From Xylographa opegraphella (Eukaryota), in the NCBI GenBank assembly GCA_022813865.1, contig JALDZX010000001.1, forward strand, positions 620,001 through 684,000: a stretch of DNA of 64,000 bases, read 5' to 3'. Position 1 is the first letter of the stretch. Every line of letters begins with the position of its first letter. The position numbers were made by a program, and so were the translations under genes. Shown one piece after another: positions 36,572 through 49,810 of the stretch. The notes under the pieces are model-generated. The model worked only from the letters and a program-made list of their open reading frames with translations. It ran no database searches and had not been told where the DNA came from.

Positions 36572-38990
36572 TGGATGTGAAAACGACAAGTACTTGGATT
36601 GGATGCATGCTGGCTATTGGTAGGAGCATTTGCTACTGAGTGTCTTTGTCTTTTGAATCATATAACAATTTTGCCCAGTTCAGACCATTCGCTCTCTTTC
36701 GATAGGGGTCTTATATTGTGAGATCAAACCTGAAAATGAAGGCGTAAATTCGATGACCACGGCCTTGCAGAACATTGACCTACCCACGTTTGACTCTCTG
36801 GACTGTAAGTCAGAAAGACGAGTGTAAACACGATGCGAATCTTTGATTCGGACGTCCTTGATCGACCACGAGGCCCGTGAGTTACAGTAAATTTCTCCGG
36901 GTCCCCTTCTCTTTTCATTCCGTCTCAGGGAGTCTGCTTCGCAACACCTCCAACCCGCAGAGACATGTCATCCACTCAACTACTACTCATCAGCTATCCA
37001 CTCCGCCTAGCCATCACATGATTCGGGGCGGCGAAGCGCTAGAGGTTGAGTAATATGATTTCGTAGTTAGCCGCCAAGATGATTTCGTACCTATAAGTCC
37101 TACCTCAACAAGTGCCAGTGTGCATGATATCGATTGAACTAGTATTACCATGCTGAGCCTCACTCGAACCGTGTATGCGTTATCAGCGGTGACGGCCGCG
37201 TTCGACTCTGTTGCCATGAGTCGTATAGATTGACGAACAAGATCAGAACATCCAGAACCGCATACGTTCAGCGAGGACCGTTTGAGTCCAGAAGGTTGCT
37301 ACTGAGTTTCACCGTGGTTCAGCCGCTAAAAGATACTGATTGTATTTAAACAATATGATCCTCGTATCAGGAAGGGCTTCTTTGGTTCACTGGCCTTACA
37401 TGCCAACCACTTTTGCTTAATGTTTCGATTGATGTCGCCGGAAGCTTGAAATCGATACGGTCCAGTAAATCTAAATTATACGAGGTCGTTCATTCAAGCT
37501 CTTGCTCCTCGTTATTCTTGTTTCTTGCAAGGGTGAAACTGATCCAGGCATAACTTCTTGATTGATTATATATATATCAGCGCGCTTATAACATAAATAG
37601 TGTCTTGGAAGAGCTGCATTATGAGATAATATTTTCTCACAGGATAAGGAACTCGACAGCAGAATGGAAACAGCATATGATAGAAGGATGAACATTTCAT
37701 GTACAGGCTAGGTTTGACGTGGTATTGAAGGGCTCCGATGACTCGATTAACGAGCTTGCAACAACGAAACGAAGATATCATAACATGGAATCAGGTACAA
37801 ATATACACGAGTCCTGAGCCAAAGCATATATATTTTTCTCATACTGGTTTCCGTCTCCTATAAGCCACGATACAATATAGCACGATTATCAATGACAATC
37901 ATGTGATCTCAAACAAGTCTCGGCAGTTGCTGCCATCCGCAATGACTAAACAACCCAACCATACACATGGGCTCGTGAAGTCACGATACCACGACGAGGA
38001 GACGTCATGCATATCTGGGCACACAAAAGACCAACGCCAATCATGGGATGGATACAGGCCTATAATAGTACACTATCTTGATGAACAGCCCACATCTAAG
38101 AATGAGATTATGCCTTGATCGGGTATTGATATATCTTGGATCGATCAGCGGAACGACAGCATCTTCTCCCTGTATTTGGCTTGATCGTTGTGGGCAAATC
38201 TTCAGTATCATAATGCTCATACGTTTCTAAAATTGTAGATCTGTAAGTCCTGGAGCAAATCCATAACCATGGCAGCAAGGCATGTGCCTGTCAGTTACGC
38301 GAGAAGTAGCCGTGGTTTTCATGTCTTTCCCGCTCTGTAAGATCAGAAATTGACGTGACATTTTGTGATTGTTTGATTGTGCTGAAAACGGTAGCGTTGA
38401 AGCACAGCGTTAGCCACGGGACCAAGACAGCTACGGAGCACGGAACATATTCGGACCGTTCGAGTTTTAAGATAGGCCCTTCAGCCCCAGCCATAGCGTG
38501 GAAAGAACTAGTAGTACAACTGATGAACAGTTATCCGACAAATCTCAAGCTTCAGAATTTCCACCGGAATCTCTCAAGCACAAACGTCATTCGAAATCAG
38601 GATATGAATATAATCACCTATGGCTGCCCGTGAAATTGAACTTCCCATGATGCGTGATAGAGAGTTCTTTCGTGTTGAAGGGTCGAGAAGCAGAGTTACT
38701 TTATTGAGTTACTCACGTCCGATCACCTTCAAACGGATTGCTTTGATATTCTGTGCACTGTGTATAAGCCGCCCATGGTCTTTGTTGCTCTCGGTTCCGC
38801 TTTTTTCCCCCAGCTTGGTGCCGAATTGTTTACCAAGAATCAACACCGTTTCCGGTGAATGTGTTATGCTCTAGGGCGACAAAGACGCTCAGGTTCATAT
38901 CATAAGGTTTCTTACATACAATAATCCTTTGATGCAAAAACACCCTCCACGTTAGATGGTAGGCTAACTCAACAGAACCACGGTTGCCCT

Positions 38991-39140
38991 CCAGCTTGTC
39001 GACATCCCAGGTATGAGAAAGATACTTCGCCCAGGAGGAAAATATGTCAAAGTGGAGATCAATGCTCCCCAGCTTGTCGAAATCCCAGGTATCAGAAAGG
39101 TGATTCACCCAGGAGGAAAATACGCGAAAGTGGAGGTCAC
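38991..39140 (+). repeat. 78-bp tandem duplication (2 copies) at the 5' end of the F-box gene
   Basis: CCAGCTTGTCGA.ATCCCAGGTAT.AGAAAG..CCCAGGAGGAAAATA..AAAGTGGAG begins at 38991 and again at 39069. Confidence 0.9.
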
Positions 39141-40166
39141 AGATCGGGTTCTTAGTCCTCAGCCGTCACCTATTCTCTATACCGCTATCCAGACTAGGCC
39201 TCATATACTTGAAGATATCCTTGATTATCTACCACGTCACGACGTTCGTAATCTCGGAAACAGTAGCCGTCGCCTACATGGACTCATAGCCAGTCTCGCT
39301 CATGGCCGCCAAGCGTATGGCACGCGTGATCTAAATGATCCATTTCCTGACCCGTATTTTCGGCAAGCTGTTAAAGATTTCGCTGGGGGCGACTGCACAG
39401 AAACCAAACGTTATGGGGACCGGGAACCCCGGCTATGTCGAACCGCATATTATAACCCACATGCCCGTCTGCGATATTGCGAAGGACTACCAGAATTCTG
39501 CCTTCCAAAGCCACATCATGGTCGATATCCTAGTGGGACTCACCATTTCCACAATCCCGGTCTTATTTGTGAATATGATAACATGGTCAATCAATCAGGC
39601 TTTGAAGATGAAATTATTTATGCCCACGTCGAGAACCAAATGGCTGTATGCAATGAATGTCGAGACCAAGAGCTGAGGAGACTCCACGGTAGCTATACTC
39701 CTTATCCTAGGTCTATACTTTAGCAGAGCTAATATACTCACCAGCAATGGTAAAAGCGGATCCACAAGCCGAAGCTACGTACAGCTGCAAATGTGAAGCC
39801 GACCTATATACAAAAACTTGGCGCTGTTATAGTTGTTGGGAATGGATTAGTAAAGGTTTAACGCTAGAAGGAGAGGATTACAGGGAAAGACTCCGATACA
39901 TATACCGAGACGAGTCGGACTTCACCGGTGCTCAGGTCTACTTTGTCTACAACCAGCCTCCACATCCGGAAGACCAACCTAGATGCCGCTGCGGACGATT
40001 GAATCCAGATGCTGACACTTGGGCATCTGTATTCATGTGCACGGTCTGCAAAGTACTTATGCTAGCGCAAAGTCTGGTTCGAGAACCAACTGACACTTTC
40101 AAGGCCGAGTTGTTACAAGCTCTGAGTGGTACGGACCCAATTCCCACGACTATAATCTACGGATGA
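39013..40166 (+). CDS. F-box-like protein with Cys-rich C-terminal region; exons 39013-39688 and 39745-40166 (start uncertain)
   Basis: PHILEDILDYLPRHDVRNLGNSSRRL F-box-like segment and multiple CxxC/CxC motifs. GTAGCT..GCTAAT..CAG intron fuses the two ORFs in frame. Confidence 0.72.
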
Positions 40167-40295
40167 AGGGAACAAGAGACGGAGATGGAACACAGCTTCC
40201 GAGAAGGTAGATTAGCATACTATATGGCTAAACTAAGTCACCTACAGATTGTGAAAATCCAGTTTGCCTATCACATTACCAGCCGCCCTTTCACA

Positions 40296-41107
<812 letters not shown>

Positions 41108-42039
41108 AATGGGAAGTACACCGTGTGGAATGCTGGAGGGTTGGCAGGGATGGGAAGTTGAACCGACGTACTTCGCATCTGTGGCTGAGGAGACATTAAT
41201 ACATCATTCTGCGACACGATCTACATGCCCGATCTGTGTCATGATATGCTTACGAGGGGTCCTATTTGATGCTATTGAAACAGGATATGGACTTTTGGCA
41301 GAATACCGTGCTCGCTGTGCTGCGGTAGTGGTAGACAAGGGCGCCAAGTCTAATTGATGATTAGATACCATCAGCTAGGGCTTTGGCCCTAGTGTAACGA
41401 AGCGAATATTACCCTTGATGTCGGAGAACGGTAAAAGTAATTACCCACAAGCAGAGACCGCGTGTATGGCTTCGTTCGATGCGCTCAGAGTAGTTATGTC
41501 CATAGTACGATCATATATACTTCAAAAAATTAAATGGAGAATGCCCTCGAAAGCAGGGCTGAGTTCTGTCAAGGGTTCATTACTCAGTGCTTGGGGCATC
41601 ATAACGAATGAAATACGCTGCTAAAATTCCTTGTGCGTGGCATTTTAGGACATGCTTCGACTTTTGCTTATTGCTTAAAGCTCCGTTCTTCTCACCAAAG
41701 CGGCCCGGAAGCCCATATAACCATGTCGTTGATCAGTCCATTACATCATTTAGTCAATTAGCTACATGTTACTGTTGGCGGTCCTCATCAGTCACGACTA
41801 ATCTGGTTTAATGTGCCATGGCTGCTAAGATGCCATAATACCACCTGAATGACGAGCCACCACCAGCCCACAGACGTAGCTTCTGATTCTCACATACGTA
41901 ACTTCTTTTCTCAGAAACGGAACTTCTTTTTCTCAATACCGCTTCTCCCGAACCTCCTATGTCTGGGTGTGGTGGGAATTAGCGGTGCAGTAACTGCAAT
42001 ATCACCATTCTATTATGCTAATCAACTCCTAGTAAATGC

Positions 42040-43272
42040 TCATTGATTGGATACCACGACGGGAACGAGCAGATTTCCACTTCTGTAGAAACGTCGCGAG
42101 CATATGTGCTGAACAGCCGCAACGGCGGCAATGACATGTTCAAACAACCGAGGCCTTAGTAAAAGAGTGAAAAGCCGACTGTAAGAATTCCAAGTAGTGC
42201 AGATACCGTCATTCGGACGCCGTGCGCGAGTACATGAGTAGAGATCCGTAGTGTCGGTTCTGAGGTCTAACAATAGAATCAAAGTCTTGTAGATTTTGTA
42301 TAACGTGGAGTCTGCTGACTTTTGCTTCGACTTCGAAATCTGTTGGCCAACCCACTCGAGGAATTGTCTATTGTGGACTCTAGTGTGATACTCCCATTGT
42401 ATCACGAAACTTGTAATTCATGTCTGTATTGCAACTCAAACCCTGATGAGAACAAGGTTTATCGTCCGGAAGCAGCCAGCTCATAACATGGAGAGTAGTT
42501 GATATCGCACGTAGAAAAATGGGAGGGATATGCAGTTCAGTGTACTTCACAGTTCGCCCCAGCAAGATACCATAAATTTCGTAAGGCGCGAAGAGAAGTC
42601 GGATTTTGAACTCACACTGCGAGTCCCCAATTTATTGTCTTGGATAAGGCCGCAATTTATGGCGTATTGGCACAGGTGTTCCAGAACAGCGTTCCACCTC
42701 CGCAGCTTGCTGAGACTGTCAAGCTGTGACCTATTGGACTCCCTGTTGCAAACCCAGCTTGGAAGCCTTGTAGATAAGAGAGGGACGAGCAGCTCACACC
42801 AAAGGCATGTGACAAATATGAGACAGATGGCAGCTTCTGCTAAAGTTTCTCCGGTCGCGTTTTCGTCAAGGACAAACACTGATGTGAATTCTGTCTCCAC
42901 TTTGCGAGCAGCTCGATACCAAAGGCATACTTCCGAAGGACCCGAATTGCTGAGAGCTTTACAAGACATCTTGGCGGTAGCTATAGAGCTTATAGAGAGG
43001 TAGGACAGGATTTCATCACGAAGCTCTTGAGGCAACCCACAAATTACTGAATCGCATTTATTCCTCCTCTCAGAAAGCGCTGCAGACGCCTTGTGTTTGT
43101 GCCGCAATAGTCCCCGATATAGTCGCTGACCAACAAAGGTGCACAGTGCAAAGAGTAGTCGGAAAATATTTATGAAGGAAATTGGAGGAGAATTTTGCTC
43201 TTGCTTAAGGGCTGCCGGGTAGCCTATGGTATAAGTCATCAAGCTTGAAAGTCGCAACAGTAATCTGATCAT
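42040..43272 (-). pseudogene. F-box protein gene, possibly fragmented
   Basis: LPQELRDEILSYLSISSIATAKMSCKAL F-box motif in a 241-codon ORF (43272-42547), followed by two overlapping ORFs in other frames with no clear introns linking them. Confidence 0.45.
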
Positions 43273-44018
43273 TCTGTATACCGATCACAGAGTGGCTTGA
43301 TCTGCAGAGAAGATCCTCGAGAATCATTTACTTGGATGCTTAGTTCTGACCAAGACGTCACTCGAAGCTGTTAAGGAAGGTACGAGTTTCAGGACCATAA
43401 TGAATGGAATGATGGAGAAAACGAGCTCTCCTTGAAAGAGTCGACCACGAGCTGTTAAGCTTAATATATCTACCCTCCGGAGCCTCCTACTGGAGAGAGA
43501 AGCTTGCCAGGCGTTAGGTCAAGCTATACCATCGTTAATGACGGTATGCAGTTTCTACCATTGAATTATACGATCCGAGTCAACATTATTCTTTCCAAGC
43601 CAAGTCCGAGCTTTTGTTTGACTGTCAGCAATTGAGGGGGAATGGATGTAAAGTAAGGTAGACTACCTTACCTTATCTTCCACTATTGTAACACACTGGA
43701 CACGCTAAATACCTCACTACCCGGGAGCGGCTAAGGAGGTGCCAAGAAATTCAGCTTTTCGGGAGCTTGTGCAGAAAAACACGCTTCCTTGCAAGGCACG
43801 TCAGCCGCCAGGGGGGCCTCAGGCCTTCGCGTGGCATGATTTTCGAAGTCAACCAACCGTTACGCAGCCTGCGAAGACTTATATTCTCGACTCAACAAGA
43901 GCCCGGTTTGACGGCTGGACATCATTGCTTTGGTCAAACCATGCTGTTGCAATGAGCGAGAATCTTGTGGGCCCGCGCGCAAGCTCTTCCGGATTTATAC
44001 CGTTGTTAACCAGCCACG

Positions 44019-47000
44019 ATGGCTGGTGGTAACATCAAGGTCGTGGTCCGCGTACGGCCATTCAACAGCAGGGAGCTGGATCGGAGGGCGAAATGTATTG
44101 TGCAAATGAAAGACAGTCAAACGATCTTGACTCCAACTGCAGAAGCAGACGAACGACTTCGAGGTTCCAAGGGAGGGAAGGTTGGCGACGGGAACAAGGT
44201 CTTTGCGTTTGATAAGAGCTATTGGTCATTTGATCGAGACGACGCACACTACGCTGGACAAGACAACCTTTTCAAGGACCTTGGTTCGCCACTGCTCGAC
44301 AATGCCTTTCAAGGCTACAACAATTGCATTTTTGCATATGGTCAGACGGGCTCGGGAAAGTCATATAGTATGATGGGATATGGCGAAGAAGCTGGAGTCA
44401 TACCAAAGATCTGTCAAGATATGTTCGAAAGGATTACTGCTATCCAACAAGATAAGAATCTCAATTGCACAGTCGAAGTCTCTTACCTTGAGATTTATAA
44501 TGAACGAGTCCGCGATTTACTCAACCCTTCCACAAAGGGGAATCTCAAGGTTCGAGAACATCCTTCAACAGGCCCGTACGTGGAAGATCTCGCGAAATTA
44601 GTTGTGAGATCCTTCAAGGAGATTGAGCATTTAATGGACGAAGGGAACAAAGCACGGACAGTAGCTGCGACAAATATGAACGAGACCTCTAGTCGATCTC
44701 ATGCTGTGTTCACGCTTACACTTACCCAAAGGAGGCACGATGTCGAGACTTCGCTCGATACCGAGAAGGTTGCCAAGATTAGCCTCGTGGATTTGGCTGG
44801 CTCAGAAAGGGCTACATCTACAGGAGCGACTGGGGCTAGATTGAAAGAAGGAGCTGAGATCAATCGTTCACTGTCTACACTGGGTCGTGTGATCGCAGCG
44901 TTGGCCGACCTGTCAACAGGGAAAAAGAAGAACGCTTCTATGGTACCATATCGAGACTCAGTGCTTACATGGTTACTGAAGGACTCCTTGGGTGGGAATA
45001 GTATGACTGCAATGATCGCAGCGATTTCGCCCGCTGATATCAACTTCGAAGAAACCTTGAGCACGTTACGTTACGCCGACTCTGCGAAACGGATCAAGAA
45101 TCATGCTGTGGTGAACGAGGATCCGAACGCTCGTATGATAAGAGAGCTGAAGGAAGAATTGGCATTGTTGAGATCAAAGCTAAGCAGTGGAGCCACGTCT
45201 GGTGGGATCGCCGAAGAACAATACGCTCCAGATACTCCTTTGGATAAGCAAATAGTGTCAATCGTCCAAGCTGACGGTACGATAAAGAAAGTGTCAAAGG
45301 CAGAAATCGCAGAGCAGTTGAATCAGTCCGAAAAGCTTTATGAAGACCTCAATCAAACGTGGGAGGAAAAACTGCAGAAAACAGAACAAATTCATAAGGA
45401 GCGAGAAGCCGCGCTCGAAGAACTTGGTATAAGTATTGAGAAAGGTTTCGTCGGACTTTCCACCCCAAAGAAAATGCCACATCTTGTGAATTTGAGTGAC
45501 GATCCCCTGCTTGCAGAGTGTTTGGTCTACAATATCAAGCCTGGTGTCACAACTGTCGGAAACGTTGAAGACTCGAATTCCTCTGCCGAGATCCGATTGA
45601 ACGGCTCCAAGATCCTCAAAAATCACTGCGTTTTCGAAAATATCGATGGCACCGTAACAATTCTCCCCGGTGTTGGTGCGGCAGTCATGGTCAACGGTGT
45701 GCGAATTGATAAGGCGCAAAGGTTGAAGAGTGGGAGTAGAATAATTCTTGGTGATTTTCACATCTTTCGATTCAATCATCCTCTGGAAGCCAGAGCGGAG
45801 AGGGCCGAGCAAAGTCTACTACGACATTCTGTTACTATTAGTCAATTAGGCTCTCCATCTCCGCGGCCGAGCCATGACCGTACTTTAAGCAAAGCAGCAT
45901 CAGAGCTGGACGGGGAGAACAGCAGATCCGAATCGCCAATGCCCAGTAATGGTCGAGAATCAGACTGGTCGTTTGCAAGACGAGAAGCAGCAAGCGCTAT
46001 ATTAGGTGGAGACCAGAAGATCAACCATCTTACGGACGAGGAACTGGATGTTCTGTTTGACGACATTCAGCGAGCTAGAGCCGAGCGGCGGGTACGGCCG
46101 GAATCAAGACTATTTGGACCCGAAGACGAGGACTTGGAGTCCGTCAGCTCATATCCATTCCGAGAAAAATACCTGTCCACTGGTACACTTGATAACTTCT
46201 CGCTCGATACAGCCTTGACTCTGCCCAGTACCCCTTTAGGAGACAGTATTGAAGACAAAGATAACGAAGACGAGAGACTGCGTTTGGTGCGCGATGATAT
46301 GCAAGCGCAGCTTGACAAGCAGAAAGGAGAATATCAGGAACAGCTAAGGAAATCAGAAACAACGTCACAAGATGTAAAAGAGCTTCAAGCGGAGAAAGAG
46401 CGGATGGCTGAAGCGCTGAAGATCGCGAAAGAAGATCTGCAGGATAAGTTGAGGCAGCAGAAGGAGGCATTCCAAAGTCAACTGGAAAAAGCTCTTCAGC
46501 CTCCAAGGAAGATTTTGGATACGAATGGCATGGCGTTATTGAGTGAAATAGAAAAGTCACGAGTTACTCATGTTGTTGAGCGTTGGAGAAGACTCCGAAG
46601 CTTGGCTTTGGCTGAAGTCATCTTGAAGTACTCTGCTCTGCTTAAGGAAGGCCAAGTCATGAGTCACATAATGGATAAATTGGTAATATTTCAATTTGTG
46701 ATAGTTGGCCAGGGACAAGATGTGTGTTCCTCGTACGATTTGGTTCTCAGCGATATACCGGGTGACGAAGACGAAGTTCTCCAAACAGCAAGGAAGCCTT
46801 GCGTTGCAATCAGAGTGATAGACTATCAACAATCCGTCATTCACCACTGGTCTGTAGACAAATTCGAGCAGCGCGTACACTTAATGAGACAGATGCATCA
46901 ATACTTCGACAGGCCTGACTACATGCAGCACTTCCGACTCGAGAATCCGTTTACAGAGGCGTTTCTTCCGCGGTACTCACTTGTAGGCGAGGCTTACGTA

Positions 47001-48863
47001 CCCTTGACAGCGGTTATCGAAGCACGTGTTCAGGATTATGCAGTTGAGGTAATATCTTCCTATACACTTCAGTCTATTGGAATGATGCGGGTATCTCTAG
47101 AGCCTTCTTCAGCTCAGGCGCCAACTACGATGCTTAAATTTAACGTTGTGATGCACGACATGATCGGATTTGCAGAGCGTGAGGGGACAGAAATCCATGC
47201 TCAAATGTTTGTTCCTGGTTGCAGCGAGGAGGGAGGTGTCACAACGACTCAGATGATCAGCGGTTTCGACGAGGGTCCTGTAAGATTTGAAAGTGTGCAC
47301 AGCATGAGTCTGCCACGAGATGGGCCATCCAAGGCTTCACTCCACATTGCCGTGTTTGCGCGCGTTACTCCAATGCATCTAGATAAGCTTCTTAGCTGGG
47401 ATGAGATGCGAGAGTCTGCAGAAGACAACGGTAAGACAAAGAAGCCAAAACTTCGCGCTCGAATTCCGGAGCTCGAGTACTACGCTCAAGAACAGCACGA
47501 TGTGTTTAGCAAAGTTCAGATTTTAGAGATGTCTGAATATGGTGAATATATTCCTTCTGAAGTTGAGCGACACAGCAATCTCGATACAGGAACATATCAA
47601 TTACATCAGGGATTGCAACGACGAATAATCGTGAGCATGACCCACACTTCAAGCGATTCCCTTAATTTGCGAGACATTTGCTCTATGCGTGCTGGAAACA
47701 TACGACTTGTTGATCCTTGGGGCAAGACGCCAGATCTTTTCAGTTCGCCTGATATACCTCTGAAGCTGGTGCAACCACTTAGTATCAGAGAAGAAGCTGG
47801 TGGAACTACTTATGTCACAATCATTGGGCAATGGGACTCAAGCCTACATGATTCGGTTCTTCTGGATCGTCCTACAGCCGACAGATACAGCATTAAAATG
47901 TCCCTCTCGTGCGACATCATGTCAGGACGCACCGATTCGGTGTTAACATTTGACCTGAACCTAGCTCTGCAGGTTCGCCATCGCTCGTGGATGCGTCCAC
48001 AATCCATGTTCAAGCAATTGTGGAAGACTACAAGAATACTCCATTCAACGGCAACGATCTTTTCGGTTGTGCTCAAACCTTCACCCAGTAAGCGCGCCAA
48101 AGATCTCTGGAGACTTGCCAGTCAGCATCAGTATATCAAAGGCGAAGAAGAACTCGAGCATTGGTCACCTAGAGGCGTCTCCCTGATCCACGACTTCACA
48201 AAAGCTCAACGTCGCAGAGAGCACTTTGCAGAAGTTGAAGCTGCTAGAGTCTCGCTCGCTCACTTTCCATCAGGAATATCGCCTTTGTCTAACAGCACTT
48301 CGGGCGCTCCACTTGGTGGCGACCCAGCAACTTATTATACAGCCGACCAAGTTTCTCTTCTGAATAAGTACCTTACCCTCTGGAAGACCCCTTTGCCTGC
48401 TGCACTTCACCCATTAAGACTACTCACGACACCTCCATCCTCTCCTCCACGCAGTACTACTTCACGCCCAAGACTTGATGGAAGTGTCCACTCCCATACC
48501 AAAAACCCAACAGTGCTTAGGAGTGGTCCACTCCTAACACCATCTCCATCCTCCTCTGCGTGGCTCCGTCGTTTCGCTGAGTTACGGCCACCTTACTTAC
48601 ATCTTTACTCTGTTCCGGAAAGCGAAGAGATCAACATCATCAACCTAAGAAACGCCACAGTGGATGCGATGCCTGAAGTAGGAAGGTTGTTAAAGAGTGC
48701 GAGGATCGGTGGAGAGAGCCGAAATGTTTTTACGATATATGGCGCTGGCGGGAGCTGGCTCTTTGCAGTCCGTGATGAGGCCATTAAAGACGAGTGGGTC
48801 TTCGCTATTGATCGAGCATTTTTGGGAGGGAGTGGGATTGCTAGCATTGATGGGGAACCATAG
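44019..48863 (+). CDS. Kinesin-3 motor (UNC-104/KIF1A family; UncA/Nkin2-like), intronless, 1614 aa
   Basis: IKVVVRVRP, P-loop GQTGSGKS, NETSSRSH, LVDLAGSER, FHA domain (PHLVNLSDDPLL..RIILGDFHIFRFNHP), YQLHQGLQRRI and a C-terminal PH domain. Confidence 0.98.
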   Translation: MAGGNIKVVVRVRPFNSRELDRRAKCIVQMKDSQTILTPTAEADERLRGSKGGKVGDGNKVFAFDKSYWSFDRDDAHYAGQDNLFKDLGSPLLDNAFQGYNNCIFAYGQTGSGKSYSMMGYGEEAGVIPKICQDMFERITAIQQDKNLNCTVEVSYLEIYNERVRDLLNPSTKGNLKVREHPSTGPYVEDLAKLVVRSFKEIEHLMDEGNKARTVAATNMNETSSRSHAVFTLTLTQRRHDVETSLDTEKVAKISLVDLAGSERATSTGATGARLKEGAEINRSLSTLGRVIAALADLSTGKKKNASMVPYRDSVLTWLLKDSLGGNSMTAMIAAISPADINFEETLSTLRYADSAKRIKNHAVVNEDPNARMIRELKEELALLRSKLSSGATSGGIAEEQYAPDTPLDKQIVSIVQADGTIKKVSKAEIAEQLNQSEKLYEDLNQTWEEKLQKTEQIHKEREAALEELGISIEKGFVGLSTPKKMPHLVNLSDDPLLAECLVYNIKPGVTTVGNVEDSNSSAEIRLNGSKILKNHCVFENIDGTVTILPGVGAAVMVNGVRIDKAQRLKSGSRIILGDFHIFRFNHPLEARAERAEQSLLRHSVTISQLGSPSPRPSHDRTLSKAASELDGENSRSESPMPSNGRESDWSFARREAASAILGGDQKINHLTDEELDVLFDDIQRARAERRVRPESRLFGPEDEDLESVSSYPFREKYLSTGTLDNFSLDTALTLPSTPLGDSIEDKDNEDERLRLVRDDMQAQLDKQKGEYQEQLRKSETTSQDVKELQAEKERMAEALKIAKEDLQDKLRQQKEAFQSQLEKALQPPRKILDTNGMALLSEIEKSRVTHVVERWRRLRSLALAEVILKYSALLKEGQVMSHIMDKLVIFQFVIVGQGQDVCSSYDLVLSDIPGDEDEVLQTARKPCVAIRVIDYQQSVIHHWSVDKFEQRVHLMRQMHQYFDRPDYMQHFRLENPFTEAFLPRYSLVGEAYVPLTAVIEARVQDYAVEVISSYTLQSIGMMRVSLEPSSAQAPTTMLKFNVVMHDMIGFAEREGTEIHAQMFVPGCSEEGGVTTTQMISGFDEGPVRFESVHSMSLPRDGPSKASLHIAVFARVTPMHLDKLLSWDEMRESAEDNGKTKKPKLRARIPELEYYAQEQHDVFSKVQILEMSEYGEYIPSEVERHSNLDTGTYQLHQGLQRRIIVSMTHTSSDSLNLRDICSMRAGNIRLVDPWGKTPDLFSSPDIPLKLVQPLSIREEAGGTTYVTIIGQWDSSLHDSVLLDRPTADRYSIKMSLSCDIMSGRTDSVLTFDLNLALQVRHRSWMRPQSMFKQLWKTTRILHSTATIFSVVLKPSPSKRAKDLWRLASQHQYIKGEEELEHWSPRGVSLIHDFTKAQRRREHFAEVEAARVSLAHFPSGISPLSNSTSGAPLGGDPATYYTADQVSLLNKYLTLWKTPLPAALHPLRLLTTPPSSPPRSTTSRPRLDGSVHSHTKNPTVLRSGPLLTPSPSSSAWLRRFAELRPPYLHLYSVPESEEINIINLRNATVDAMPEVGRLLKSARIGGESRNVFTIYGAGGSWLFAVRDEAIKDEWVFAIDRAFLGGSGIASIDGEP

Positions 48864-49810
48864 CTTCTGGCTGGGCTGTCGACGAGTATCAAAATTACAC
48901 TCACCAAACGGAAACAACGGACCAGGCATGTGAGTTGAGGTGCCATTTGCATCGCGTGGTGTGTGCATATGGGATGGTTGTTGTGTTATGATGAACAAGG
49001 AACAGGGAAAGGTGTCAAAATCTGCTTTATGATCTTTTGCCATTGGCGTTGCTGAAGCGGAGATACCCCAGATACTCTGATACGATATGCTATAAATCTC
49101 TTTTCGAATTCGACGAGACTACGGTAAGTAGGGTTTAACATTCGAGAATGTGTAAACATCATCGTTCAGTGATGACACGACTAAAATCATTGCGGTTGGA
49201 CACTATTCTGGCACTTACGCCTTGATCTTGCCATGGTGTTGAGGTGGCTACTGTGGTACCGTTGGTAATAGTCAGTACACTTGCATATATAGGTACCCTA
49301 AGGTACGGTACGAAGTACCTTAACCCTTTCTGCCAGGAGCATAAATTTAGTTCGCCAAGACTTGTTGCGTGACCATGATTAGTAATGCTGTGTGTAGAAT
49401 AAGGTCCACTAGGCCCAGGAGCAAACTACCCCGTACCTTGAATCTTTGGGCGCCAGTTGGTGATAGATTGGTTACATATTTCCCTGGACGACGAGTGAGG
49501 TGTCTGAATACCATCTTGTGCTGATAGTGCCATCAATATCACTCTACTGGCGACGCTAGACGAAAGAAAAGATTCCTATCACGCGCGACCACCTTTGCGC
49601 CCAAGAAGGGTTGAATCACTCTCCAGACCAGACGAGTTGGAACATAAAGACCCGACGACTACTCTTGTCCTTATTTCTTCATCAAAACCCGCAACAACCA
49701 GAGCTGTTGAGGTCTCTGTCTGTATCGAAAGATAACTCGAGTTTGCCAGTGCTACCACTCCAATGGTGGGCAGGCCAAGACTTCACATCGGCTTGGGATA
49801 AAAAACGGAG

